In this document: positions 1-10,161 of the stretch, piece by piece | Layout: each line of letters opens with the position of its first letter | Numbering within the stretch: position 1 is the first letter of the stretch | Made by a program: the position numbers and the translations under genes | DNA from: an uncultured virus (IMG/VR IMGVR_UViG_3300024999_000051) | Taxonomy: Duplodnaviria > Heunggongvirae > Uroviricota > Caudoviricetes | Virus record (IMG/VR): IMGVR_UViG_3300024999_000051 | Length of the DNA: 64,000 nucleotides | Reading direction: 5' to 3' (one strand) | The notes under the pieces: generated by a model | What the model saw: only the letters and a program-made list of their open reading frames with translations | Databases searched by the model: none | What the model was told of the DNA's origin: nothing

Positions 1-266
1 TACCATAACTATGATGATGTTGATGATCAATACAAAACCTAATATCTATATTAATTTTATCTCTTTCTTTAATCAACTCAACAAGTTTATTACAAATATT
101 ATTTTTACTCTTCATCTTGCCAATTCTCCCTCTCTAATATTATCCCAATCTAAAAATACCTTCTCTGCCCTTTCCCTACACTCAGGACAAAACCCTCTAC
201 CCATAACCAGTTTCACATCCTTTCGGTGTTTAATTTATGTAATGTTTTAAACCTTTCATGTGTTTT

Positions 267-296
267 ATTATAACATTATTTATTGATTTGTGTCAA
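267..296 (-). promoter_or_regulatory. sigmaA-type promoter
   Basis: TTGACA-N18-TATAAT with TG extension on minus strand. Confidence 0.6.
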
Positions 297-403
297 GCAT
301 TATTTTTCCAATCCAATAAAAAGATCATTTCAACCTATTTTGCCATTTCAGAAACCCTACTCCCATGCGGTTTACATGGTTTGTGCTTTTATGAATTACA
401 AAT

Positions 404-601
404 TTATTTATATAATATAGTTCGCTTATTTAATTTCTGACTAATTGATCTTAAAAACATTGCATTAATAATAAATACAAACACTAAAGCATCTAATGGT
501 TTATGATAATAAAATTCATTTACACATGCCATAATAAGTGAACCATATCCTAAAATTATCGTAATAATAACTTGAACCATGCTTTTTTCTGCTTTAGCCA
601 T
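404..601 (-). CDS. small membrane protein
   Basis: Two hydrophobic stretches; GGAG RBS; promoter upstream. Confidence 0.65.
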   Translation of the reverse strand: MAKAEKSMVQVIITIILGYGSLIMACVNEFYYHKPLDALVFVFIINAMFLRSISQKLNKRTILYK

Positions 602-639
602 TTATGTATCATCACTCCTAAATATTTATTTCTGTATTC

Positions 640-669
640 ATTATAGCATGTAATGAGTTGTAAAGTCAA
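640..669 (-). promoter_or_regulatory. sigmaA-type promoter
   Basis: TTGACT-N18-TATAAT, TG extension. Confidence 0.55.
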
Positions 670-735
670 ATAATTATTTATTATATTAATTAAACATAAT
701 TATTAAAATTTAATGTAAATAATAAACATAATTCT

Positions 736-996
736 TTAAGATTCATCAAAAGAACTACATATTTCATTATCATGATAAATTTCACGACCGTCAATACCGC
801 ATTCTTCGCCAATTCTTTGTATACAATCATAGCAAGTTTTAGGATTAATTACGTAATTTAATGAAGAATCAAATCCACTTGCATCAATTATGAATAATGT
901 ATCATCCTCAAAAACTATTTGAATTCTATCGCCACTATATTGTTTAGGTAATTTAATAAATTTAATGGTTTTGCCAACTAAGTCATTAATTTGCAT
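736..996 (-). CDS. hypothetical protein, Cys-rich C-terminus
   Basis: ORF with AAAGGAG RBS. Confidence 0.7.
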   Translation of the reverse strand: MQINDLVGKTIKFIKLPKQYSGDRIQIVFEDDTLFIIDASGFDSSLNYVINPKTCYDCIQRIGEECGIDGREIYHDNEICSSFDES

Positions 997-1036
997 TGTT
1001 AATTTTCTCCTTTCTAAATCCTACGAATTGAGTATT

Positions 1037-1294
1037 TCAAAGTAACTTACCTCTTATAGATGAATTAATTTCAGCAATATCTGTATTTTCTTCAAGACTG
1101 TCCATGATAATATCTTCTATTTTAATATTTATATTCTTTAAAATTTCTTCAACCAAATCAATTCTGCTAAATAGCTTCTGTTTTAACTCATCATTAATTT
1201 CTGTAAACAATTTAATATTAGTTTCGATAAATGTCTTACCTTTATACATTTCAATAACTGTTTTATTATGTGTTTTTGAATTTAACATAATCAT
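1037..1294 (-). CDS. hypothetical protein
   Basis: ORF with GAGG RBS. Confidence 0.6.
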   Translation of the reverse strand: MIMLNSKTHNKTVIEMYKGKTFIETNIKLFTEINDELKQKLFSRIDLVEEILKNINIKIEDIIMDSLEENTDIAEINSSIRGKLL

Positions 1295-1312
1295 TCGCCC
1301 TCTCTTATCTTG

Positions 1313-1623
1313 TTAATTATAATCATCACAATGATCATCTTCTGAAACTTCTTTTTTTTGTTTTAAAACACAAAATAATTGATCGAATCCATTAATTCCT
1401 CTTGTTGCAAGCATAGACCTTGAATGACCACATGTTAAACAATTCACTCCTTTACGTTCCTCGTAGTCAATTCCACTTTTTAACCCTTCGGTATATTCGT
1501 CAATCAAAGTATTAAATTGCTCTAACCAGTACCCATTTTGTAGACCACTTTGTAATTCTGAATATAATTTTTGATTTGGTTCAATTTATCCAAATCTGAC
1601 TTATAAGTTTCTAAGTTTTTCAT
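1313..1623 (-). pseudogene. frameshifted hypothetical protein, Cys-rich C-terminus
   Basis: ATG at 1623 with GGAG RBS; adding one A at ~1586 gives MKNLETYKSDLDKIEPNQKLYSEL... continuing into ORF 1313..1507. Confidence 0.6.
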
Positions 1624-1847
1624 AAATATTCTCCATTCTCAAATAAAATCCTCGTTTTAAAGTAATTTTTCTTCATATTTGTCAAATAAATCTAAAACCT
1701 TTTCTAATGTATAAACTTTAATATCTTTAAATTGGTATATTGAATCTTTAAAAGGTTTATTTGCTATCTCTTTTGCTTCTTTTAACATTTCTTCGATTTT
1801 TCCCTTTATTCCATTGATATCCATAAATCTAAACCTCTTTCTTTACT

Positions 1848-2107
1848 TTATTTACTGTTATTGTATATTCTAACTGCTATATCACCCAATTGATTATTCC
1901 ACCTTGTTGCTAAACAAGCTAACATGAAATTTGGTTTGTGACAAATACCGCGATCAGGACATTCCCGACGATATGTTTGACGACAAAACTCATCATCCAT
2001 AATACAGAAATCTGAATCATCCCATGCTTCTTTAGCAAGAGCCTTAACCCCTGCATTTGGAATATTGATTTTTTTACTTCATTAATAATACTTGTTGCAT
2101 CTTTCAT
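1848..2107 (-). pseudogene. frameshifted hypothetical protein
   Basis: -1 shift at A7 run (2069-2075) gives MKDATSIINEVKKINIPNAGVKALAKEAWDDSDFC... ending at 1848. Confidence 0.6.
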
Positions 2108-2151
2108 AAAAAAAATACACCTCTCCTAATCTTTAAAACTAGATGTTCATG

Positions 2152-2400
2152 TTATTTATATTTAAGAAATAAATTGTTATTAGTTTGTCTAATCAACGCC
2201 TCAACACATTTCTTTTCTTTTTCATTTAATTCTTTGTCCACAACTTTACATATATGTTTTCTAAATTCTGGCTTTAATATTGCAGTATCATGTACTCCAA
2301 ACTCATAACCACAATGTACACAATATGCTTCATGATATCTACCTTTATCATTACTAGGAACGAACTCACGAACTACTCCATCAATACATTTTAGTTTCAT
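2152..2400 (-). CDS. hypothetical Zn-binding protein
   Basis: GGAGG RBS before MKLKC; CxxC motif. Confidence 0.7.
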   Translation of the reverse strand: MKLKCIDGVVREFVPSNDKGRYHEAYCVHCGYEFGVHDTAILKPEFRKHICKVVDKELNEKEKKCVEALIRQTNNNLFLKYK

Positions 2401-2773
2401 AATATAACCTCCAAGCCCAATTAAAATTACTTTTTCATGTTCTAAACTTCTTTGTAATTTAAAATACACACCCAATCATTATTATACTTTTCTGATAACA
2501 CTTTTTCAATCTTTTGTATATCTTCATAATCAGTTATATTTTTATCCCAATCAAACATACAATTACCTACACCTTTTTCTTAATTACAGAAATTTTAATT
2601 ACTCATCATTACTACATTGACAATTATAATCAGGAGTATAGTCTCCACAATGATAACAAAAAGAATGTAATATATCTACTCGTTGTTCCTCAGATAGTTC
2701 TTTAACCATTTCAATGATCTCTCTTTGCTCTTGAGTGATAAATTCAAAATTTGTCAATTTAATTCCTCCAATT

Positions 2774-3028
2774 TCAATAACTTGAATACTTATACCTATC
2801 GTCCCTAATTAATTCGTTATTAATAAATCTAAAAACAGTGCTGTCTAAAGGATGAATTAATAATTGAAGCTTTATAACTTCTGTTGCTGTAAGATATTTC
2901 TTTTCAATATTATCATAAACATCTGCATTGTTTATAAAATTTGTTTGACTATTTCCCAAGCAATCTTTATCATATTCTTTCATTTCCATCGTTTTTATCA
3001 TTCCTTTCCGCTTATAACATAAAACCAC
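2774..3028 (-). CDS. hypothetical protein
   Basis: ORF; start probably internal after AAAGGA. Confidence 0.55.
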   Translation of the reverse strand: MVLCYKRKGMIKTMEMKEYDKDCLGNSQTNFINNADVYDNIEKKYLTATEVIKLQLLIHPLDSTVFRFINNELIRDDRYKYSSY

Positions 3029-3032
3029 ACTT

Positions 3033-3443
3033 TCATGCCAATTTTAAACAACTAAATAACCATGCACTGGCCCAAGAACCACTTTTACCATCTATCGTTA
3101 ATTTACAACATAAAGGTGAGTGACTGCTAACTTCTTCAACAATACCTATTTTACCAATATATTTGGAATCCATAGCATCAATTATTCTAACTTTGTCTCC
3201 AATTTTAAACATTTTAATACTATTTAATAAATCTCTTAGACTTGGTTGAACTTCAGCAGATTCAATCCAATCTAAATTAAATTGATCAAATTCTTCAAGT
3301 ATAAAAGCTCCATGTCCGTCTTGATGACTAATAGATATGTTATATTTTCTATATAATTGCTCTAGTTCCTTAAAAAAGTTATCAGTATTTACTTCCTTGT
3401 AAAGATTGTTTTCATCATATTCACCACAAACAAAATGTTTCAT
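3033..3443 (-). CDS. hypothetical protein with C-terminal KOW/SH3-like domain
   Basis: AAGGAGG RBS; FKIGDKVRII...YIGKIGIV motif. Confidence 0.7.
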   Translation of the reverse strand: MKHFVCGEYDENNLYKEVNTDNFFKELEQLYRKYNISISHQDGHGAFILEEFDQFNLDWIESAEVQPSLRDLLNSIKMFKIGDKVRIIDAMDSKYIGKIGIVEEVSSHSPLCCKLTIDGKSGSWASAWLFSCLKLA

Positions 3444-3683
3444 TAGACATCTCCCTCCTTTATTTACCATAAAAGAATAAATTTAATTTTACTCTACAAT
3501 TGTAATAATGTGTATTTTATCTCCTTGATAATGCGCTTTAATCAACCTATCCTTATATTCTCTTGCTTTTTCAATATCATTAAAATCATCACTCAAATTC
3601 CAATCACCGTTAATTCCTTTAAATATTACTCTAAACATTTTCTAGTCCTCCCTCATTATAAGATCAATCCAACTAGATAGACA

Positions 3684-3860
3684 TCACACCGGATGCCTAT
3701 CTGAAAATGTTCTCATCCAATTCCCTAATATCTCCCTTGCTTCAACTTCTGATAAATCAGAGAATGCTTCCACTAAATAAGGTGTTGCTCCAAACATATT
3801 AGTAACTCCACTTTCTCTAAGATTATCAAGAAACTCATAATACTTTTCATTCGCATCCAT
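3684..3860 (-). CDS. conserved phage hypothetical protein
   Basis: FLDNLRESGVTNMFGAxPYL motif; GAGG RBS. Confidence 0.75.
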   Translation of the reverse strand: MDANEKYYEFLDNLRESGVTNMFGATPYLVEAFSDLSEVEAREILGNWMRTFSDRHPV

Positions 3861-3928
3861 TAACAATTCCACCTCTCAAATTTCTCTTACCCTATTCTAC
3901 CATATCATCAATCAATACGTCAACCACT

Positions 3929-4123
3929 TTAATAAATTTTATTTTTACATTTAATATTCTTAGTATTTTTACCAAAAAGTTTAATTTCATATCTATTGTC
4001 ATTACAATGTTTTTCTACTTCTGGATAAGTAATAAATTCTTTTAATAATTCTTTTGTTTCAAGATCCTGCACCGCCCATAACCATTGGCCAGATTCATTT
4101 GTGAGAAGAACTTTTACATGCAT
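3929..4123 (-). CDS. hypothetical protein, paralog of 4147..4302
   Basis: AGGAGG RBS; TNExGQWxWAVQ. Confidence 0.7.
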   Translation of the reverse strand: MHVKVLLTNESGQWLWAVQDLETKELLKEFITYPEVEKHCNDNRYEIKLFGKNTKNIKCKNKIY

Positions 4124-4146
4124 AAAATAATTTCCTCCTTAAAACT

Positions 4147-4302
4147 CTAATCATTTTCTTTAACCATATAGCCGTTAATTTCACAATATTCTACAGCTAA
4201 TTCATTAGTCTCAAAAGCATTTAACCACATATCTGTTCCTGCAAATTGTACTGCCCATTGCCATTGCCCTGTTTCATTTGTGTGAATAATTTCTACTTGC
4301 AT
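4147..4302 (-). CDS. 51-aa hypothetical protein (below ORF-track cutoff)
   Basis: MQVEIIHTNETGQWQWAVQF; AAGGAG RBS. Confidence 0.7.
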   Translation of the reverse strand: MQVEIIHTNETGQWQWAVQFAGTDMWLNAFETNELAVEYCEINGYMVKEND

Positions 4303-4307
4303 AATAA

Positions 4308-4490
4308 TCACTCCTTCACAATCGCTAAAATAATATTCCCGATTACTTCAGTTTTATTCTCATTTCCTCTAATACAAACATCTAAGCATTTTGCTACTTT
4401 AATCACTTCTTTAATTTTTAATGGTTTTAATATTTGTTTTACTTCATTAGGATTATTTGAAATTTTAATGGTGTTAATAATATTTTGCAT
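4308..4490 (-). CDS. hypothetical small helical protein
   Basis: GAGGTG RBS. Confidence 0.6.
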   Translation of the reverse strand: MQNIINTIKISNNPNEVKQILKPLKIKEVIKVAKCLDVCIRGNENKTEVIGNIILAIVKE

Positions 4491-4577
4491 GATTTACACC
4501 TCACTCATGCCCTATTATACTTCTATTTACATAATTTTTCTACTACTAAATTCCAAACGAAATGCGTTTTTATGGGG

Positions 4578-4709
4578 CTACTTATTATCCTTGATTAATT
4601 CTTTTCTAAGCCACTCCTCGTATTCCTCACCGTCAATAAAATGAGGAGGGAGTTTACAATCTGTTTCTTCTACCTCTTTTAATAATTCTTCAAGATTTAA
4701 TAATGCCAT
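4578..4709 (-). CDS. 43-aa acidic protein, paralog of 25244..25384
   Basis: MALLNLEELLKEVEE...LPP...GEEYEEWLRK; GGGAG RBS. Confidence 0.7.
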   Translation of the reverse strand: MALLNLEELLKEVEETDCKLPPHFIDGEEYEEWLRKELIKDNK

Positions 4710-4874
4710 TTATTTCTCTCCCTTCAATTATCTATTTCAAACTATGTGGCAATAAATAAATAGAAACAAGAATATACGCCAATGTTGCAATGATTCCTCC
4801 ATATAAAAATGAAGCTAAATCAAATTTCTCCATAATCTAACCCCTTTCTAATCCCTTCGAACTGAACTTTCATC

Positions 4875-5240
4875 CTACCGATTCTTCTCAATTAATCTTT
4901 TAATTTCTAAAATATCATCTGATTTTTCTTTAATTGCCTCAATTTTCTTTATATATTTTTGAAGTTCAAACCATATTTTCTTTTCGGTAGTTTTAAGCAA
5001 ATCATATTCTTCCTTAGTCAATAATTCTTCTGGATTATCTGTTTTAACGTACCAATAAAAATCATAGCCATCAAATTCTCCACCATTAATAATTACTTCT
5101 ACACTTTCATTATCACATATATGAATTTGTGCTTTTAAAAATGGTTTTGTATTTCCAATTACAGTTTCATCTTCGTAGACTTCGATTGAATCTTTAATAT
5201 AAATCACCATACCATTTTTAACTTCATTCCATGATTTCAT
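4875..5240 (-). CDS. hypothetical protein
   Basis: GGAGGAG RBS. Confidence 0.7.
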   Translation of the reverse strand: MKSWNEVKNGMVIYIKDSIEVYEDETVIGNTKPFLKAQIHICDNESVEVIINGGEFDGYDFYWYVKTDNPEELLTKEEYDLLKTTEKKIWFELQKYIKKIEAIKEKSDDILEIKRLIEKNR

Positions 5241-5279
5241 AAAATTACTCCTCCTCCAATTTCAATTAAATCTTTTACT

Positions 5280-5717
5280 TTAAATAATATTAAACAATTT
5301 ATTCACAAGTTTCTCTCTTGCTTTTGCATATTTAGCAACTCTATCATAATCATTCTGAGTTGGGTTATTAATTCTATTTAAATCCATATTGTCCTCTAAA
5401 TCTGCTAATTTTACTTTTATTGCTTTATAATTTTTGCTAATTCGTTCAATATATTCATCGTAACTTTCATTATCTTTCCTAGACAATATATCAACAATTC
5501 GTGCTAATTCAAATGGAACACCATAAATAGAAACTAAATCATCTAGTGTTAAACCACAGTCCTCTATTACATCATGAAGTACAGCGATAATCCTTAAATC
5601 ATAATCTTTAAGTTTCATCATAACTCTTAAAGGATGTAATATATAAGGTTCCCCACCTTTGTCTAATTGTCCTTCGTGAGCTAATGATGCTATAGAAATT
5701 GCTTGTTCTAAATTCAT
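5280..5717 (-). CDS. HD-domain hydrolase (RelA/SpoT-type small alarmone hydrolase-like)
   Basis: AHxGQxDKxGxPYIxHP, LHDVIED and VKLADLxDN motifs. Confidence 0.85.
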   Translation of the reverse strand: MNLEQAISIASLAHEGQLDKGGEPYILHPLRVMMKLKDYDLRIIAVLHDVIEDCGLTLDDLVSIYGVPFELARIVDILSRKDNESYDEYIERISKNYKAIKVKLADLEDNMDLNRINNPTQNDYDRVAKYAKAREKLVNKLFNII

Positions 5718-5719
5718 TT

Positions 5720-5917
5720 TTATAAATCCTCCTTCGTCATAATTCTTTCCATTTTCTTAACAATTTCATCTTCAGAATAATTATCCATCAGATAATACAT
5801 TTCACTATCTAGTTGATTCAAAAACTTTTTCTTGTCTCTAATTTTAATTTCTCCCACTTTAATTAAGTTGTGCAACGCTACTACAGCATACGCTTGAGCT
5901 TCAGAATTAGTCATCAT
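5720..5917 (-). CDS. hypothetical protein
   Basis: AAAGGAG RBS. Confidence 0.65.
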   Translation of the reverse strand: MMTNSEAQAYAVVALHNLIKVGEIKIRDKKKFLNQLDSEMYYLMDNYSEDEIVKKMERIMTKEDL

Positions 5918-5940
5918 GATAAGAATTCTCCTTTAATTAC

Positions 5941-6123
5941 CTACTTTGTAATATATTCATGAGACAATACTAAACAGAAACCATCATTTTTATAACTATA
6001 TTCATCATAATCTTTTGAAGACAAACCTTTTTCTTCTAAACTTTTATTAAATTCTTCTTCAGTCATATTTTCTAATCTATGAATACATTTGTCTAAAATA
6101 TCCAATGATTCTTGCTTTGTCAT
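5941..6123 (-). CDS. hypothetical protein
   Basis: GGAGG RBS before MTKQ. Confidence 0.6.
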   Translation of the reverse strand: MTKQESLDILDKCIHRLENMTEEEFNKSLEEKGLSSKDYDEYSYKNDGFCLVLSHEYITK

Positions 6124-6142
6124 TAGATTAAAATTCCTCCCT

Positions 6143-6559
6143 TCATTCCCCCTTATTCCACATCTTAATTGCTTCATCTATATCTTTTCCTCTTAATCCT
6201 TGCTTCTGACATTCTGGACAAAATATATAGAAAAATCTTGATTCTTCATCAGCATCAACAACTAAATTACTATTACCACATAAGCAAGGTCTTGAAGGTT
6301 TGCTTAATATTTTCTCTAAATCACTGTCATAATTAATTTGGTTCTCACCAGTAACTAAATAATCAATTGTGACAGAAAATAAATCACTAAGGATACTAAT
6401 CTCATAAAAGGGCATATCGGCATTATCACCATTTTCATATTGAATAATTTTAAATATAGATATTCCGGTTAATGCAGATATTTTTTCTTGAGTGAGATTT
6501 AACTTTTCTCTTTGCTCTTTGATGATTCGTGCTAATAATTGTCCATTATAGTTATACAT
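6143..6559 (-). CDS. XRE HTH protein fused to a Lar-like Zn ribbon
   Basis: N-terminal REKLNLTQEKIS...YENG...FSVTIDYLV HTH; C-terminal PCxCG...CPEC...EAIKMWN. Confidence 0.75.
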   Translation of the reverse strand: MYNYNGQLLARIIKEQREKLNLTQEKISALTGISIFKIIQYENGDNADMPFYEISILSDLFSVTIDYLVTGENQINYDSDLEKILSKPSRPCLCGNSNLVVDADEESRFFYIFCPECQKQGLRGKDIDEAIKMWNKGE

Positions 6560-6661
6560 TTAAATTCCTCCTAGATTTTAATATGTTAACTAATTATATC
6601 CATTTAATGTTTTAAAATCAATAGGGGAATGTGATTTTTGGATAATTTTATTTTGGTATTA

Positions 6662-7069
6662 TTAATCCGACTTATTAACAGATTCATACATTTTACAAAG
6701 TGCTTGAAATTTTTCTACCATTTCTTTAAGCCGATTATAATCATTGACTGTCACTAATTGTGTCGGTTTATCATACATTTCTTCTCTGAATTTAACCATA
6801 ATAGGAAATTCAACTTTATCATCTAAATAATGAGAATAAAATCCATTTTGTATCCGACTATTTCTTGATAATGTTTCTAAAATATTTGCTTCTTCTTTAG
6901 AATTGAGTACACCATAACCAGTTTCCATAACACTACAATATCTATCAGTCATATTATTATTGAGATATATTTGACAGTCCCATTTTTCTGCATCATATTG
7001 ATTATCAAATTGCGTCCCATCAGTGGATTCATAAACTGTTTTAGGAATCATAATTTGTTTTTCTATCAT
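6662..7069 (-). CDS. hypothetical protein
   Basis: YESTDGTQF motif; AAGGAG RBS. Confidence 0.7.
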   Translation of the reverse strand: MIEKQIMIPKTVYESTDGTQFDNQYDAEKWDCQIYLNNNMTDRYCSVMETGYGVLNSKEEANILETLSRNSRIQNGFYSHYLDDKVEFPIMVKFREEMYDKPTQLVTVNDYNRLKEMVEKFQALCKMYESVNKSD

Positions 7070-7449
7070 TTTTAAATTTCTCCTTTTTAATTCAATTTTA
7101 AAAGTATGATTTTAACTTATATATCTTTGAAAATATCAATCATTTGTTCTTTGGATGCATGGTAAATTATAATGTCGTGTATACAAAGATGTTCAAAAAT
7201 TCTTTTTAATTTTCGATAATCACCATTTAATAGTTTGTTTATATATTCTGCAGTTTCCCAAGCATCATCAATTAAACTCATAATTACTCATTCCCATATG
7301 GCACATAATCTTTGACTGAGTGATAAATCCACTGTCCTTTTTCATAAAACAAAAACTTCGGATATCCATTACTATCTTCTAATATTCCATATACTAGTTT
7401 AGCCATTGAACCATCAATACAATGTTCTACATAACATTTTTCCATTACT

Positions 7450-8028
7450 TTAAACATGTTTCAACTTCCTTTCTACTTTTGGATTATTACCACTATGCAT
7501 AGCTAATTCTTTTACTCCAAAACTGCCATCTTTCTTAATTAGTCTATAATGAACTCCACTCCTGTATGTTTCTTTTGGAGGAAGAACTACGCCCTTCTTT
7601 CCATTTTTAAAAATTAAAATATCATTGATTCTAAAATTTCGATTCATAAGATATGTGATATAATTCATACACCATAGATTATCTTGCTCCATAAGTGTAT
7701 CTAGATAATATTTTAAATCAGATATATTAATATCATAATGTCTATAGAACATTGTCTTATCTTCATATTCAAAATAAATAGTAGCAGTATCATTGTATAC
7801 CATAGATTTTAAAACTTCATCAGTTTTTCTACAAATAACTATTCCAACATTTAAATTAGTGTTCATGATTTTTAACCAGTCTTTAGGATTTAGTTTTAGT
7901 AATTCTTTGTTAATTCCTTTAGTGGTATTTATTAAGATTTCCATAAGATTGTGATGCCTCCAATGCCTATCAAACGATTCTTTGAAGGGATAATTACATT
8001 TCAATATAATATCTTTCAATTTCATCAT
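7450..8028 (-). CDS. hypothetical protein
   Basis: 192-aa ORF. Confidence 0.7.
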   Translation of the reverse strand: MMKLKDIILKCNYPFKESFDRHWRHHNLMEILINTTKGINKELLKLNPKDWLKIMNTNLNVGIVICRKTDEVLKSMVYNDTATIYFEYEDKTMFYRHYDINISDLKYYLDTLMEQDNLWCMNYITYLMNRNFRINDILIFKNGKKGVVLPPKETYRSGVHYRLIKKDGSFGVKELAMHSGNNPKVERKLKHV

Positions 8029-8317
8029 CCCATTTTATTGTAGGTACGAATATAGCATTATCTGCTTTAATAGAAAATTCATAAACAAAAACTGATTCTT
8101 CTTTTTCGTGATATATAACCGCAATTATTCCTTCAATATTCCAAGATTTTCTAATATTATTACAAATACTTTTATAATATTCTTTAAAATTATTTCCTAG
8201 ATGGGTATCATTTGGATATTCTTTCGACATCTTTCTCATATATTTCGCCATCTTGATTCTTGGTATTAATTTTTCATCTTTAGACTTATAACAAGCATAA
8301 TGATAAAATCTTTCCAT
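7994..8317 (-). CDS. hypothetical protein
   Basis: AGGAGG RBS. Confidence 0.65.
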   Translation of the reverse strand: MERFYHYACYKSKDEKLIPRIKMAKYMRKMSKEYPNDTHLGNNFKEYYKSICNNIRKSWNIEGIIAVIYHEKEESVFVYEFSIKADNAIFVPTIKWDDEIERYYIEM

Positions 8318-8336
8318 AAATTAAATCCTCCTTTAA

Positions 8337-8513
8337 TTACGCTCTCATATTCCACATCTCAATTGCATCATCTTCTGTTTTCCCATCATGCCTATCTACC
8401 CATGCTCCTTCAGCACCACATGCCTGACATTCTACCCACATAGAACCCCAATCTCCTTCATCTCTAAATTCACCTTTACCTCCACAAAATGGACATGGTT
8501 TAATTTCTTTCAT
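8337..8513 (-). CDS. Lar-family restriction alleviation protein (58 aa, not in ORF track)
   Basis: MKEIKPCPFCGG...VECQACGA...AIEMWNMR; GGGAG RBS. Confidence 0.8.
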   Translation of the reverse strand: MKEIKPCPFCGGKGEFRDEGDWGSMWVECQACGAEGAWVDRHDGKTEDDAIEMWNMRA

Positions 8514-8535
8514 TTATATAACACTCCCTTACTAT

Positions 8536-9030
8536 TTACTTATACATTCCAACACGACTTTCTAAATCTTTTTCTGCATATTCTATTTCTTTCTTCGCAT
8601 TGTTAACAATTTTATCGAAAATCTTTTTCAAAGCAAATTTTTGAAGTTTATTCCATTCTTCATCAAATTGATTTCCTGAGTCAATTAAAATTTGCTCATT
8701 CTTTTTAAGTATTTTTCCAAACTCCGTCCATACCTCTTCAGCATTGATTTCATAATTACCCAACATAATATAATCCCAACCATGATCACCAGTCGAAAGA
8801 AACATATCTGCATTAATGAAATTACTTATAGTATTTACTTCACCATATTCTTTCAAAACATCTATGATATTTTTCTTTTGATTTTCAAGGCAAATTCCTA
8901 TACTGTCATCCGTTACATAGTGTAAAACATATGGATTAAGTTTTTGCTTCACTTCTGCAAGGTTTAAATTCCTATTGTAAATAGGACTCTTATATAAAAC
9001 ATCATCAATATCAAACGCTTTTAATTTCAT
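8536..9030 (-). CDS. hypothetical protein
   Basis: 164-aa ORF, AAGGA RBS. Confidence 0.7.
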   Translation of the reverse strand: MKLKAFDIDDVLYKSPIYNRNLNLAEVKQKLNPYVLHYVTDDSIGICLENQKKNIIDVLKEYGEVNTISNFINADMFLSTGDHGWDYIMLGNYEINAEEVWTEFGKILKKNEQILIDSGNQFDEEWNKLQKFALKKIFDKIVNNAKKEIEYAEKDLESRVGMYK

Positions 9031-9059
9031 TTATATACACACTTCCTTTATTTTTTTAT

Positions 9060-9297
9060 TTAGACAAATAGTTTTGTAATCTGCAAACACTTGAATTTCC
9101 ATTTATGACCACAATCACATTCTCCAAAAATTCCAATAACTCCTTCTGGATTCATATACCCTTCGTTGTGATTTATAAATCCATTTATTTGTTCCCAAGT
9201 TTGAGTAGAAACAAACAAATTTTTCATAAATTATGATATTTATCAACCTACACTTAGGACATTTTGCTTTGCTTTTTCTAATATCTGCTTCTTTCAT
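9060..9297 (-). pseudogene. Zn-ribbon protein disrupted by a 4-nt duplication
   Basis: CPKC in one frame and CDCGHKW in another; TTTG duplicated near 9209-9219. Confidence 0.65.
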
Positions 9298-9333
9298 AAT
9301 TACCTTCTTTCCTTTGCAAATAAAAACATTGCT

Positions 9334-9552
9334 TTATTCACCTTTTATAGTTGATTCAATATTCGTTATTATATCACGATTCAGTATAAAACGTTTAATA
9401 TCTTGATAAATTTTACTTCGACTAGTATAAGTAGTTTTACTTATACCTATCTCTTTTGCTAAAACCAACAATTCATTTTTTGATAATTTGTTTTCAGTTT
9501 CTAATTTTTCAATTTCACTTAATTTAGCATTTTCAAAATCCATTGTAAGCAC
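9334..9552 (-). CDS. hypothetical small helical protein
   Basis: AAAGGAG RBS. Confidence 0.6.
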   Translation of the reverse strand: MLTMDFENAKLSEIEKLETENKLSKNELLVLAKEIGISKTTYTSRSKIYQDIKRFILNRDIITNIESTIKGE

Positions 9553-9595
9553 TCCTTTAATTTTTAATAGAGATTAAAAGCGACATTTGTTTAGA

Positions 9596-9925
9596 TTATT
9601 CACCACAAATATTTAAAATCTTTTCAAGATCATCTATACTCAATTTAGAAAAATCAATTTCCTTACATTTAGTTACTAATCTTTTTTTCTTAAATTCAAG
9701 TAAAACTTCATCCGTTAACTGAGATAGAGAAGAATAACTCCATGTGCTTCCTGTCCTTTGGCTACCATCTGGATTAAATTGTTTTCCACTTTCAGTATTA
9801 ATAAATCCTTTAGGAGTAATTTTTACAACTGAGGTTATTGCTTTACCATAATTATTAGTTTCAATTACAACCTTATCTCCTGCTTTTAAATCTTGAATCC
9901 ATTTTTTATCATTCATTATGTACAC
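9596..9925 (-). CDS. KOW/SH3-like beta-barrel phage protein
   Basis: LKAGDKVVI...VVKITPKG...FNPDG. Confidence 0.7.
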   Translation of the reverse strand: MYIMNDKKWIQDLKAGDKVVIETNNYGKAITSVVKITPKGFINTESGKQFNPDGSQRTGSTWSYSSLSQLTDEVLLEFKKKRLVTKCKEIDFSKLSIDDLEKILNICGE

Positions 9926-9936
9926 ACTCCTCTTAA

Positions 9937-10161
9937 TTAAAAATGTTTTCTTCCTTCATAATATTCCTTTAATTCTTCATCCTTTAGCCATCTTTGAGGA
10001 ATACATCTACCAGACCAACCACCTAAATGTTTATCAATATGATTCTTTGCATCATTCAAGGTATTGAATTCAACATCATAATAATTTGTGATTTGCCACT
10101 TTTTATTGTCTTGCAATAATATCAATTCACCACGATACTGATAAAATCCAATACCTTTCAT
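9937..10161 (-). CDS. hypothetical protein
   Basis: AAGGAG RBS. Confidence 0.65.
   Translation of the reverse strand: MKGIGFYQYRGELILLQDNKKWQITNYYDVEFNTLNDAKNHIDKHLGGWSGRCIPQRWLKDEELKEYYEGRKHF

Noticed and set aside
350..385. AAACCC...GGTTT motif (similar at ~63633-63665) as att or arm sites
   Set aside because: Too short and degenerate, and no integrase in the window
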